The notes beneath the pieces were generated by a model. The model had not been told where the DNA came from. It saw nothing but the letters and a program-made list of their open reading frames with translations, and did not search any database. From positions 146,508,001-146,572,000 of the forward strand of contig NC_086097.1 in assembly GCF_963921235.1 (NCBI RefSeq): DNA of 64,000 bases, in the 5' to 3' direction. Of the stretch, positions 14,558-27,610 are shown one piece after another (the first letter of the stretch is position 1; every line of letters starts with the position of its first letter). The position numbers were made by a program, and so were the translations under genes. The DNA is from Mobula hypostoma. Its lineage: Eukaryota.

Positions 14558-17500
14558 CACAAAAAAGAGAAAATCTGGAGATGCTTGAAATCAGAGCAAC
14601 ACACATAAAATGCTGGAGGAACTCAGCAGGCTTGGAGCAAGAAGACTGCGAGGGAACGGCTGATTTTCAGAGCGAAGGCAGTTTTTACTACTCAGGGTAA
14701 AAGAGAGGCAAGACTGCGCAGGCACGTGATGTCAGCCAGTAGAGCGCAAAAGGTTTAAAAAGAACACCGCCATATCCAGCAGGCAGCCTTTGGAGCGGCA
14801 GCAGAGCGATAGGGCTTTGCCTCAACGGGCTTAGGCGGTAACGGGGCGTGGCGAGGTAGGTTTACCGGTGTTATTTGCGGAAAGGAGGAAGTATGTGTAT
14901 GAGGCCAGTTTTCTGTGCTCGGTGTTGGATGTGGGAGGTCCTGGAGCCTCCCAGATGGCCATATTTGCACCAGGTGTGTCGAGCTGCAGCTCCTAAGGGA
15001 CCGAGTTAGGGAACTGGAGATGCAACTCGATGACCTTCGCCTGGTCAGGGAGAGCGAGGAGGTGATAGAAAGGAGTTACAAGCAATTGGTCACACCGGGG
15101 CTATGGGAGACAAACAAGTGGGTCACAGTCAGGAGGAGGAAGGGGAAGAGTCAAGTACTAGAGAGTACCCCTGTGGCTGTTCCCCTTGACGATAAGTACT
15201 CCTGCTTGAGTACTTTTGGGGGGGGGGGAACAGCTTTACCTGGGGGAAGCAACAGTGGCTGTGCCTCTGGCACAGAGTATGGCCCTGTGGCTCAGAAGGG
15301 TAGGGAAAGGAAGAGGAAGGCAGTAGTGATAGGGGACTCTATAGTTAAGGGGTCAGACAGGCGATTCTTTGGGCACGGGAAAGAAACTTGGATGGTAGTT
15401 TGCCTTCCAGGTGCCAGGGTCCGGGATGTTTCAGATCGCGTCCAAGATATCCTGCAGTGGGAGGGAGAACAGCCAGAGGTCATGGTACATATTGGTAGGA
15501 AAAGGGAAGAGGTCCTGTAAAAAGACTACAGGGAATTAGGAAGGAAGTTGAGAAGCAGGACTGCAAAGGTAGTAATCTCGGGATTACTGCCTGTGCCATG
15601 CGACAGTGAGAATAGGAATAGAATAAGGTGGAGGATAAATGCGTGGCTGAGGGATTGGAGCAGGGGGCAAGGATTTAGATTTCTGGATCATTGGGACCTC
15701 TTTTGGGGCAGGTGTGACCTGTACAGAAAGGACAGGTTGCACTTGAATCCCAGGGGGACCAATATCCTGGCGGGGAGACTTGCTAAGGCTACTGGGGAGA
15801 GTTTAAGCTAGAATTGTTGGGGGGTGGGAACCGATCTGAAGAGACTGGCGAAGAGGCCGTTGGTTCACAAATAGAGAAAGCTTGCAGACAGTGCAAGAGG
15901 TAAGATATGCAGGTGATAGAGAAGGGATGCGCTCAGACCGAAGGTTTGAGATGCGTCTATTTTAATGCAAAGAGTGTTGTGAACAAAGCAGATGAGCTTA
16001 GAGCATGGATCAGTACTTGGAGATATGATGTGGTGGCCATTACAGAGACATGGATGGCTCAGGGGCAGGAATGGTTACTTCAAGTGCCGGGTTTTAGATG
16101 TTTCAGAAAGGATAAGGAGGGAGGCAAAAGAGGTGGGGACATGGCACTGTTAATCAGAGATAGTGTCACGGCTACAGAAAAGGTGGATGCCATGGAGCGA
16201 TTGTCGATGGAGTCTCTGTAGGTGGAGGTTAGGAACAGGAAGGGTCAATAATTTTACTGGGTGTTTTTTTATAGGCCGCCCAATAGTAACAGGGGTATCG
16301 AGGAGCGGATAGGGAAACAGATCCTGGAAAGGTGTAATAATGACAGAGTTGTTGTGATGGGAGATTTTAATTTCCCAAATATCGATTGGCATCTCCCTAG
16401 AGCAAGGGGTTTAGATGGGGTGGAATTTCTTAGGTGTGTTCAGGAAGGTTCCTTGACACAACATGTAGATAAGCCAACAAGAGGAAAGGCTGTACTTGAT
16501 TTGCTATTGGGAAATGAAGCTGGTCAGGTGTCAGATCTCTCAGTGGGAGAGCATTTTGGAGATGGTGATCATAATTCTATCTCCTTTACAATAGCATTGG
16601 AGAAAGATAGGAGCAGACAAATTAGAAAAGTGTTTAATTGGAGTAACTGTGGGAGGCGAGGGAGAAGATTGCTGAGCCTCTGGCAGTGATCTTTGCATCA
16701 TCAATGGGGACGGCAGAGGTTCTGGAGGATTGGAGGGTTGCGGATATTGTTCCTTTATTCAAGAAAGGGAGTAGAGATAGCCTAGGAAATTTTAGACCAG
16801 TGAGTCTTACCTCAGTGGTTGGTAAGGTGATGGAGAAGATCCTGAGAGGCAGGATTTATGAACATTTGGAAAGGTATAATATGATTAGGAGTAGTCAGCA
16901 TAGCTTTGTCAAGGGCAGGTTGTGCCTTATGAGCCTGTTTGAATTTTTTGAGGATGTGACTAAACACATTGATGATGGAAGAGCAGTAGATGTAATGTAT
17001 ATGGATTTCAGCAAAGCATTTGATAATGCAAGGCTTCCTGAGAAAGTAAGGAGACATGGGGATCCAAGGGGACATTGCTGTGGATCCAGAACTGGCTTGC
17101 CCACAGAAGGCAAAGAGTGGTTGTAGACGGGTCGAATTCTGCATGGAGGTCAGTCACCAGTGGAGTGCCTCAGGGATCTGTTCTGGGACCCTTACTCTTC
17201 ATGATTTTTATAAATGACCTGGATGAGGAAGTGGAGAGATGGGTTAGTAAGTTTGCTGAATGACACAAAGCTTGGAGATGATGTGGATAGTGTGGAGGGC
17301 TGTCAGAGGTTACAGCGGGGCATTGATAGGATGCAAAACTGGACTGAGAAGTAGCAGATGGGGTTCAGCCCAGATAAGTGTGAAGTGGTTCATTTTGGTA
17401 GGTCAAATACGATGGCATAATATGGTATTAATGGTAAGACTCTTGGCAACGTGGAGGATCAGAGGGATCTTGGGGTCTGAGTCCATAGGACACTCAAAGC

Positions 17501-19250
17501 AGCTGTATAGGTCGACTCTGTGGTTAAGAAGGTGAACGGTGTATTGGCCTTCATCAATCGTGGAATTGAATTTAGGAGCCGAGAGGTAATGTTGCAGCTA
17601 TATAGGACCCTGATCAGAGCCAGCTTGGAGTACTGTGCTCAGTTCTGGTCGCCTCACTACAGGAAGGATGTGGAAGTCATAGAAAGAGTGCAGAGTAGAT
17701 TTACAAGGATGTTGCCTGGATTAGGGAGTATGCCTTATGAGAATAGGTTGAGTGAACTCGGCCTTTTCTCCTTGGAGCAACGGAGGATGAGCGGTGACCT
17801 GATAGAGGTATATAAGATGATGAGAGGCTTTGATCATGTGTATAGTCAGAGGCTTTTTCCCAGGGCTGAAATGGTTGCCACAAGAGGACACAGGTTTAAG
17901 ATGCTGGGGAGTAGGTACAGAGGAGATGTCAGGGGTAAGTTTTTTACTCAGAGAGTGGTGAGTGCGTGGAATGGGCTGCCGGCAACAGTGGTGGAGGCGG
18001 ATACGATAGAGTCTTTTAAGGGACATTTGGATAGGTACATGGAGCTTAGAAAGATAGAGGGCTATAGGTAGGCCTAGTAATTTCTAAGGTAGGGACATTT
18101 TCGGCACAACTTTGTGGGCCGAAGGGCCTGTACTGTGTTGTAGCTTTTCTATGTTTCTAGGCCAGGAAGCATCTAGGAAAAGAGTACAGTCAACGTTTCA
18201 ATACGAAACCCTTCGGCAGGACTGGAGAAAAAAAAGCTAGGGAGTAGATTTAAATGGTAGGGGGAAGGGAGAGGGAAACACAAGGTAATAGTTGAAACCT
18301 GGAGGGGGAAAGATGAAGTTAAGAGCTGGGAAGTTGATTGGTGAAAGAGACAGAAGGCCGTAGAAGAAAGAAAAGGGGATAGGAGCACCAAAGGGAGGCG
18401 GTGGGCAGGCTTGGAGATGAGGTGAGAGAGGGAAAAGGGGATGAGAAATGGTAAAGAGCGGGATGGGGGGCATTACTGGAAGTTTGAGAAATCGATGTTC
18501 ATGCCATCAGCTTGGAGGCTACCCAAATGGAATATACGGTGTTGTTCCTCCAACCTAAGTGTGGCCTCATCACGACAGTGGAGGAGGCCATCGATTGACA
18601 TTTCAGAATGGGAAGTGGAATTGACATGGGTGGCCACTGGGAGATCCCTCTTTTTCTGGCAGACGGAGCATAAATGCTTGGTGAAGCGGTCTCCCATCCC
18701 CGTTGGGTTTCACCAATATATAGGAGGCCACATCGGGAGCACCGAACACAGTATACACACCCAACAGACTCACTGGTGACATGTTGCCTCAGCTGGAAGG
18801 ACTTTTTAGGGCCCTGAATATTACTGAGGGAAGAGGTATAGGGTAAGGCGTAGCACTTGTTTTGCTTGGAAGGATAAGTGCCAGGAGGGAGATCAGTGGA
18901 GAGGGATAATGGACAAGGGAGTGGCTTAGGGAGTGATCCCAGGGAACATCTGATTTCAGCCCTTCACCTCTTCCATCTATCATATCCCAGTATCTTACTT
19001 CAACCCACTCCTCCACACACCTGCCTTCCCCCTCACCTGGTCTCACCTATCACCTCCCAGCTTGTACTCCTCCACCTCCCCCTTTCCATTCTGCCACCAC
19101 CTTACTTCAGCTTCTTCACCCATCCTTTCCTGTCCTGATGAAGGATCTCAGCCCATGACATCAACTGCTTATTCCCCTCCATAGATATGTTCATGCTGCC
19201 TGACTTGCTGAGTTCCTGTGTATTGCACAAAATTTCCAGCATCTGCAGAA
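14558..19250 (-). mobile_element. Penelope-like element 3' fragment (GIY-YIG end + terminal repeat), split by the CR1 at 14632-18158, with an opposite-orientation terminal piece at ~18945-19250
   Basis: aaatgctggaggaactcagcagg (to 14630) resumes as ccaggaagcatctagg at ~18162. ORF 18473..18697 DRFTKHL...PVATH.NS..H...LEEQH.IF.LGSLQ.DGMN matches the element at 37420..37746. Confidence 0.8.
14632..18158 (+). mobile_element. Near full-length CR1 LINE: 5'UTR, ORF1 (Cys finger + SGNH esterase), ORF2 (APE endonuclease + RT); internally deleted and inactivated
   Basis: ORF1 ~14893-15811: CxxC..HICTRC, VVIGDSIV, CLPGARV, DRLHLN. ORF2: [49 protein letters not shown]. Linker deleted at ~16646. ctatgtttct tail. 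Confidence 0.95.
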
Positions 19251-22094
19251 TATCATACATTTCTAGTTGTGGTTACATCACACTTCTCTGTTTTAAACTT
19301 CATTTGTTACTTTCTATCTAACTGAATAAATCTATATCTTCCTGCAATCCAAAGTGTACCAATATCAAACATTAAACTGTAATTCAATTTGATATCTGCT
19401 TTGTTGCCATCAGAATGTTTCTCTAAAATTCCTCTTTAACCATATTCTCAACATTTCAGAAGCACTCAGTTTAATGTTGATGTATCAGCCTTTATCAGCA
19501 GGAACTATTCAGTGAAATTGCTAATGATGTCAACATTGCATGTTAGACAAGCAGACTGGCAAGTTAGTGACAGAGGAAGAAGGTCAAGAGAGAAGATGGC
19601 GGTGAAGTGAGAATGGATAATATCAGCATACATATGGAAACTGATAGCTGTTGATATATGAAAAAGGAGGATGAAACGGACAGCGACACTGGAGATAGCA
19701 AAATAAATGTTGTGACATCAAATGTTGATTGTTTATTCATTACTGTGGATGCAACCTGACCAGCATTTTGTGTGTATTGCTATGGAATCCTAATTTCAGT
19801 GTTTTAAGCAAGGAACTTGAGATAAGGTGGTAACAAGGTGGGAGACTGGAGATGGGACATAACTTTGTAAGAATGAAAGTGTTAGGACTTAACTTTTGAG
19901 GACTGAAACAATTACATTTGAGTTGAAAAAAAGACAGTACCTTTTAGCAGTATCAGCTAAAGTGGAGATTAGAAAAGGGGCTTGGTCGTAATTTTGGTGG
20001 GAAGAGCATCACAATTGGTTTTCACAGATGAGAGTAACTTGGAGAGAGTACTTCAATGAAAAACTGGAGAATGGTGTGATTTTAGGACTGATGCTGGGTG
20101 AAATGTCATTGAAGGGAAGGAAATTCCCAAAAGTGATGGAAATAGTCAATAGATCAGGCTGCATCTGTGGGAAGAGTAACAGAGATAATGTTTTAGATCT
20201 AAAAAAATAGGAGTCTTCCCAGTGTGTTCTGTTTTTACTTAAGATTTACAGCATCTGCAGTTTTTTTTTTGGATGTTCTAGAGATAGCTGACCAAATAAT
20301 CACGTTCACTGTAATCCTTTCATGATAGTTGGAGGTGTGTCCAGAGGAGAGAGGCACAGTTGCTGGAGATGAGTCTGGAGGAGAGTGGAGAGTGAAACTA
20401 AAGAAAACATAATCTTGGGATAGTCAGCAATTTTGATGCACAGAATCAGGGCTTGATAGTGCTTTATTTAGTCAAGATCTGGTGATGAGTGACTATCATA
20501 TCCATTCAAGTCAATGTCTGTTGTACTAAAGAAATAGCAATAAATTAGGAAGTGGCCAGTGTAAATGGGAGTAATAGTTTCATTAGGGACATGGTATCAA
20601 ATATGGGATCGTATGTGTGGTAGGGCTGAATGACGGCTGCTAAAATGTCATGGTAAATTAAAGGCCAAAGGCTAGAAGGTTGAAATTTTGAATGTTCATT
20701 CAGGTATACAGAAGATAACTTATCCCAGGCATAGCCACCAAAGGAGCAGCACTTGAAGGAATTTTGTGGAGAGTAATCTGAGGAAGTCATCTGGTCAAAA
20801 AGGTGACCTTAAGTAAGGCTCCTGACATTTATAGGAAGGGAGCAATTCAAGGAAGACAACTGATGAGATTAGGATAAGACAGTTAGAACCCAGTCTTTCA
20901 GACGTAAAATTAAAAAAAAATCTAAGATACACAAATATGGAAATGCAAGAAACTGCAGATGCTCGAATTTGGAGTAACAAACATTCTGTAAGAGGATCTC
21001 AGCAGGTTGAGCAGCAACTGTGGGGGAGGGGAGGGAAGGAAATGTTTGTGGTCTCGACCCAAAATACTGATAATTCCCCCACCCCCCCCTTACAGATGTT
21101 GCTCAACCTGCTGAGTTCCTCCAGTAGATTGCTTGTTGCTGAACTGGATTCTGCAAATGGTACTTGTAGTCTGAGATTGTTGTATTTTCATGAGATAACT
21201 AAATTACAGGAAATGGGAGAAAAGTATGCACATAGGATTAGCTCATAAATCAGCTTTGCTCACATTGACTGGTGGAACAAATATGTAGCCCTGAATAGCA
21301 TGCTCCTTTCCTACAGTACATTGCTGGAGATTTAAAGTGAAGTAGTTACTACAATTGAAAGCAGAGCTGACTGTCTGTTCATTTGAAGCTTTTTCGTTTA
21401 ACCTATGTCTCCCTGCTGAAATAAGTCCACTTTTCTTGCCCCCTAATTGTTATTGTTTCTTTTTGATACAAATTAATAACCGCTTGCAATTTCTCTAAAA
21501 TTGTACTCAGCAAAAAGTACCACAAAAATATTTTAAGGAAATCAAAGCTCAGGGGCCTTTATGTGCATGAATGTAGCATTTGCAACATATTAGATGAGTT
21601 GACAGGTAGTAACATGATAATGATTAGTAGCTATTACAGAGGTGTTGTGACAGGGTCAACAAAATTCCAGTGTTTCAAAAAAAACAGACTGAAGGGAAAA
21701 GGAAATGGAGTAACATTGTTAATCACGGAAGGTATCAGAATCGTATTGAATCTTGATAAGAAGACAAGTGCTTCTACGTAATTATGTGGAAACACTTTGG
21801 GTTAAAATCATGAATAACGGGAGGAAGATGTGGGTGGGAACAATTCGTGGCCCTCAAAATGCAGCCTTTCAATAGGGCTGAAGAATAATGGGGAATTATC
21901 TTGAGCATGGTTGAAGGGAACTGCAGTTGTCATTGGAAAGTTTAGTATTTATATTGATTAGATGAAATAAATTGGCAAAAATATAAAAGAATTTGTGAAG
22001 TGTGCCAGGGATCATTTCTTTGAAGAAGATATTATGGAAGCTAACTGGGGCAGACTGTTTTAGATTTGTTCACACTTAAGGGGAAGGATTGATA

Positions 22095-22395
22095 AGAATA
22101 AACACAAGAAATTCTGCATATGCTGGAAAACCAAAGCCACACACACAAACACTGGAGGAAGTAGTAAACACAAAATACTCTGCAGATGCTGGGGTCAAAG
22201 CAACACTCGCAACACGCTGGAGGAACTTAGCAGGTCAGGCAACATCTGTGGAAATGTTGACTGATCGTTTCCACGGATGCTACCCGACCTGCTGAGTTCC
22301 TCCAGCGTGTTGTGACTGGAGGAAGTAGGCCTGGCAGCATCTATGGAAATGAATAAACAGTGGGTGTTTTGGGCTGAGACCCTTCCTCAGGATTG
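22095..22395 (-). mobile_element. Penelope terminal-repeat fragment containing a nested 150-bp hairpin insertion (22165-22314)
   Basis: Same ctgcagatgctgg / ctggaggaact / gcagcatctatgg blocks as the other Penelope ends. Direct repeat actggaggaagtag at 22151-22164 and 22315-22328. Confidence 0.75.
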
Positions 22396-22426
22396 AACAG
22401 TTCTTGTGCTTAAAAATTCCTCAGCT

Positions 22427-23886
22427 AAGGTCTCGCTTTGCCTAATTTAAGAATGTATTACTGGGAAGTTAATGTGCAATGCAAGTCTTTTTGGTTATAT
22501 TGGGTTTATAAGAACAATTGGCCAATTTGGGTAGACCTGGAATTGAAAGATGTGAAATGGTTTTATTTAACCTCGTTATTGGGAGCTGCTTTACCTATAC
22601 AATTAGCTAAAGTTGCTAATTTAAAGTTATACCCTGTGATTAAGCATTCTTTACAAATTTGGTTCGAGTTCCGCAATTTTTTTAATCTTAAAAAAATTAA
22701 ACTTTGTAGTTTAATTTATTGAAATTACTTTTTAAGCCGCCTTTGAGTGATCCAATTTTTTTACTTTGGGAAAAATAAAGGTATTAATTCTTTTTTGGAT
22801 TTATTTAAAGAAGATAGATTGATGTCTTTTGAACAATTAGTTGATAAAAATTCTCTTTCATACTCACGCTTTTAACAGTACCTTCAAGTTAGACATTTCT
22901 TACAAAAATATTTAAGTAATTTTCCTTACATATTGGATGCTGACCTATTAGATACTATTATGTGTATGAACCCTTCGATGAAGGGTTCTATTGGAAGAAC
23001 TTATAATTTACTATTACAATGGGATAAGTGTCCTTTATTTTAAGATTAAACAAGATTGGGAAAAAGAACTCAATATGACTTTTATGACGCGGATTCTGAA
23101 GCTGGTTAACTCTTCTTTGATCTGTGCTAGTCATTCACTGATTCAATTTAAAATTGTACATTGTTACCATTTGACGAAGGAGAGACTGTCTAAAATATTT
23201 CCTAATGTTCCTAGTTATTGTGATAGATGTAAAACTGAGACAGCTACACTGACACACATGTTTTGGTCTTGTTCTATACTGGAACAGTTCGGGAAATCAG
23301 TTTTTTTCGCCAATTTCTAAAGCACTTAAAATTAATTTACAAGCTAACAAATTAACTGTGCTTTTTGGAATAATTCCTCAAAATATCCGTGGTATTGCTG
23401 TGTCTGACCAACATCTTATTGCATTTGTTACATTGATAGCTAGGAGGGCCATTTTGTTGAAGTGGAAGGATACATCAGCTCCCACTTTGTCACAATGTTT
23501 CTCTCAAGTGATGCTATGTCTTAGTTTGGAGAAAATTAGAAGTCAGACCTTTGAACCTATGTTTGATTTTGAGAAAAGATCGGGTTCATTTGCTCGTTAT
23601 TATCATTTCCTCCACCATCTAATTGTAAATTTGTGGTACTTTTTTTTTCTTGCTGGCGGTTTGATGTTTATCTTTAGAAGCTTTTTGTATGACACATGGC
23701 TCTGGGGTTGAGCACCTAATCTGGTTTTTTCCCCCACTTTTTCTTGCTTAGTAGGGTTTTTTTTATCACCAAAAATGTCTTCAATCTTTAAAATAATTTT
23801 TTTCTTGAGACATTGCAAGTGTTGCTTACTTCAATGTACTCGTGTTAATTTTGGATAATAATAATAAAAAGATTTGAAAAGAAAGG
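22427..23886 (+). mobile_element. L1-clade LINE, 5'-truncated ORF2 C-terminus with A-rich tail
   Basis: LPNLRMYYW, QFKIVH, CDRC..ETATLTHMFWSC Cys-rich motif, ARRAILLKWK. 14-bp TSD aaaattcctcagct at 22413-22426 and 23887-23900 in a TT/AAAA-type site. Confidence 0.9.
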
Positions 23887-24377
23887 AAAATTCCTCAGCT
23901 GATTTTGACTGTGTTATGATAGACTTTTCCAGCTACAGTTTGAGGGTGAACACCACAGGTCCAGAAACGCTGTCTTCAACTTAAATAAGGGCAATTTTTT
24001 GGTATAACGGTAGAGTTGCCTAAGATGGGCAAGAGAAATAAGTGAAGAGGCAGGTCAGTAGATGAACGGTGACTGCTATTCAAGTAACTATTCCGTCATA
24101 CTCCATTCTATAGGAATTTATTCTATTTAGGAGAGATTCCATGAGATAGAGCCATAACCTGTGTGATTAAAGATAGAGATCAAGGATAAGGTTTACTTGA
24201 AGTGAAGGGCATACAAATTGGTAAGGGCTAATGTATCCTAGAGAACTGGAAAATCTGTTAGATCCGGCAGTGAAACATTAAAGGGTTTATAAAAAGGATG
24301 ATACCAAAACAGGTGGTTTCATTGACAGTGAAGATAGTCATCAGGATTTACAGAGGAACCTTAATAAGTTGGGCAAG

Positions 24378-24625
24378 CTGGTGGCACGTGAGCGTAGTGG
24401 TTAGCACAACGCTTCACAGTACCAGCAACCTAGGTTCAGTTTCCCCGGCTGCTTGTAAGGAGTTTGTATGTGGGTTTCATCTGGGTGCTCTGGTTTCCTC
24501 CCACAGTCCAAAGGCGTACTGGTTAGTAGGTTAATTGGTGATTGTAAATTGTCCCGTGATTAGGCTAGGGTTAAATCGGAGGTTGCTGGGCAGCGCAGAA
24601 GGGCCTATTCCATGTTGCATCTCAG
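24378..24625 (+). mobile_element. tRNA-derived SINE (HE1/V-SINE-like)
   Basis: A-box-like agcgtagtggttagc and B-box-like ggttcagtttcc, then ggtttcctcccacagtccaaaggcgtac...tgtaaattgtcc. Confidence 0.7.
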
Positions 24626-24629
24626 TCTG

Positions 24630-26450
24630 CGATCTCCAGAAAGCATCTTACATGCAAAGTGGCAATTCTGGGCCATTGAATCACTGAAGGATGCTTGACA
24701 GTTGTGGCAGGGCTTGAATGTTATTACCTCCCACAAAGTGACGTAGGTGACAGCAAGGTTTTACTCCAAGATGAACCCAATGCCTTTTATGCTCACTTTG
24801 ACTATCAAAACATGGAGGCACCTTCACAAACTCCCATGACCCCCAATGGCCCTGTAATTTCAGTCTCTGAGGCTGACATAAGAGCATTCTTCAGGAGGGT
24901 GAACCCACAGAAAGCATCCGGCCCAGATGGAATACCTGACTGAGTATTAAAGACCTGTGCTGATCAGCTGGCTGGAGTGTTCACTGATATCTTTAACCTC
25001 TCACTTCGGCAGTCTGAGGTACCCACCTGTTTCAAGCAGGCTTCAGTTATGTCGGTGCTTAAGAAAAACATGGTAAATTGCTTATCGTCCAGGAGCACTT
25101 ACATCCACTGTGATGAAATGCTTTGAGAGGTTGGCGATGAAACATATGAACTCCTGCCTGAGAGATGACTTGGATCAGCTCCATTTTGCCTACCAGCACA
25201 ACAGTGCAAAAGCAGATGCTATTTCATTGGCTGTTCCCTCAATTATGGAACATCTGGACAGCAAAGGTGCATACATCAGTATATTCTTCATTGACTACAG
25301 CTCGGCATTCAATACTGTCATCCCCTCAAGAAATAAGCTTGATGTCCTTGGCCTCAATACCTCCTTGTGCAACTGGATTTCCTCATTTGCAGACCCCAGT
25401 CAGTTTGGATTGGCAAAAAAGTCTTCACAATCTCCATCAGCACAGGTGCACCGCAAGGCTGTGTGCCTAGCCCCCTTCTCTACTCAATTTATGCTTATGA
25501 TTGTGACAGCTCCAATGCTATATTTAAATTTTCTGATGACACCACTGTCATTGGCCAAATCAAAGGTGGTGACTAATCAGCATATAGGAGGGAGATTGAA
25601 AGTCTGGCTGAGTGGTGCCACAACAACAACCTCTCACTCAATGTCAACAAAACCAAGGAGCTGATTATTAACTTCACTGGGAGGAAATCAGAGGTCCATG
25701 AGACAGTTGTCATCGAGGGATCAATGGTGGAGAGGGTCAACAAGTTTAAATTCCTCAGTGTTATCATTTCAGAGGATCTGTCCTCAGTCCAGCATTTGTG
25801 CCATTACAAAGAGAGCACAGCAGTGCCTCTTCTTTCCAAGAAAATTTGTGCAAATTCGGCATATTGTCAAAGATTTCAATTAACTTCTATAGATGAGTGG
25901 TGGAGAGTATATTGACTGGTTAAATCACAGCCTGGTATGGAAACACTAATGCACCTGAACAGAAAAGCCTACAAAAAGTAGTGGATACAACCAAGTCGAT
26001 CATGATTAAAGCCCTCCCCACCATTGAGCATATCTACAAGGAGCATGCTCGCAGAAAAGCAACATCCATCATCAAGAACCCCCACCATTCAGGCCATGCT
26101 GTCTCCTCACTACTGCCATCAGGAAGAAGGAACAGGACCCACTCCACCAGTTTCAGGAACTGTTATTACACCTCAACCATCAGACTCTTGAGCCAGAGGG
26201 AATTATTTCATGCACCTTCATTTGCCCCATCACTAAACTTTCCCCACTTTCAAACATTCTATACCTCATGTTCTCAATATTTATTGCTATTATTATTATT
26301 TTTTTTTGTACTTGCACAGTGATATTTCTTGTCCGTCCTGTTGGATGTGATCTTTTATTGATTCTGTTGGGTTTTTTGTATTTACTGTGAATGCCCATAA
26401 GTGAATGAATCTCAGGGCTGTACATGGTGACATATAAGGAATTTACTTTG
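24630..26450 (+). mobile_element. Rex1/Babar-type LINE, RT region to 3' end, decayed
   Basis: KASGPDGIP, MKCFERL, LHFAYQ, FIDYSSAFNT, STGAPQGCV.SPLLYS, KFSDDTTVIG, IIKNPHHSGH. Confidence 0.9.
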
Positions 26451-26479
26451 TACCAGGTCATCATTGTTGTAGGATCCTG

Positions 26480-27610
26480 TAAAGTAAATTATGTTTGACA
26501 TATTTTCTCAAATTCTTTGAAGATGCGGGAGGAAGCATTGTTAGAGGGGAACCTGTTAATGTAATGTGTTCAGATTTCTAGAAGACATTTTACATGTTGC
26601 CATATAAGGTGTAGTGCATAAATTAAAACCCAGGCTGTTGGCGGAAATGTGTTAACTTGGATTAAATATTGGCCGACACATAGAAAGCAGAGAGTTGGAA
26701 TGAATGGGTCCTTTTCAGACTGGAGTAATGTAACTAGAAGAGTCCCACAGGGATGGTTTTTGGCCCTCAATTGTTTATTGTTAACACTAATGAACTGGAG
26801 ATGAGAACAAGTGTAAAGAAACATAAGTTTGCAATAGTACTGAAATTGGAGGTGAAGGCATTGTTCCTCTGCAACAGAATAGTTCAAGTGACTGGGAGAA
26901 ACATGAAGTCTTGCACTTCGGTATGAGGAATCAAAAGGCAGATTATTATCTATGTGAAGTGAGATTGCAAATGAGTGAAGGTCAGAGGGATTTAGGTGAT
27001 GAATTACAAATGTTCGCAGTCAGGTCCAACGAGTAGTTAAGAATGCAAGTGGCATGTTGGCCTTTATTGCAAAGGGGTTGGAGTTAAAAAAGGGAAGCTT
27101 TGCTACAGTTGTACAGGGTGTTGAGGGCACAGCTGCAGCAATGTGCATTATTTTGGTCCCCTTATGTAAAAAATGATACAACAGCATTGGCAGCAATCCA
27201 GTGTAGATTTACCAAGTTAATTCTTGGAATGAGAAGTTCTGCTATCAACAGACACTTGACAGTTTGCATATTCATTTCTTAGAGTTTAAAAGAATGAGGG
27301 GGTGACCTTATTTAAACGTCTGAGTTCCTAAGGGGGTTTACAGGGCTGATGCTGATTGGTTTTCACTAGTGGGAGAGTCATGAACAAGGGGCATAGTAAC
27401 TGTAAAGGCTGGTCATTTAAAACGGAGATGTGTAAAAATTTCTTCTTTCAGAGAGCGGTGAATCTCAGATATTCCCTATGCCTCAGTGTGGTGGAAGCCA
27501 AAAGCCAGACCACGAGATATATTCAGGGTGGCGATAGATAAATACTTTTTTTAAATAAATCAAAGAATTGAAGGTTATTGGAAACCTTCATAGAAGCAGA
27601 TTTCAGGCCA
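26480..27610 (+). mobile_element. Old CR1 RT/3' fragment
   Basis: agagtcccacaggga (VPQG), LQLYRVLR.QL..CA.FWSPY, FFFQRAVNL. Confidence 0.7.

Noticed and set aside
24378..24450. tRNA gene
   Set aside because: Only A/B-box-like remnants leading into a SINE body; no cloverleaf.
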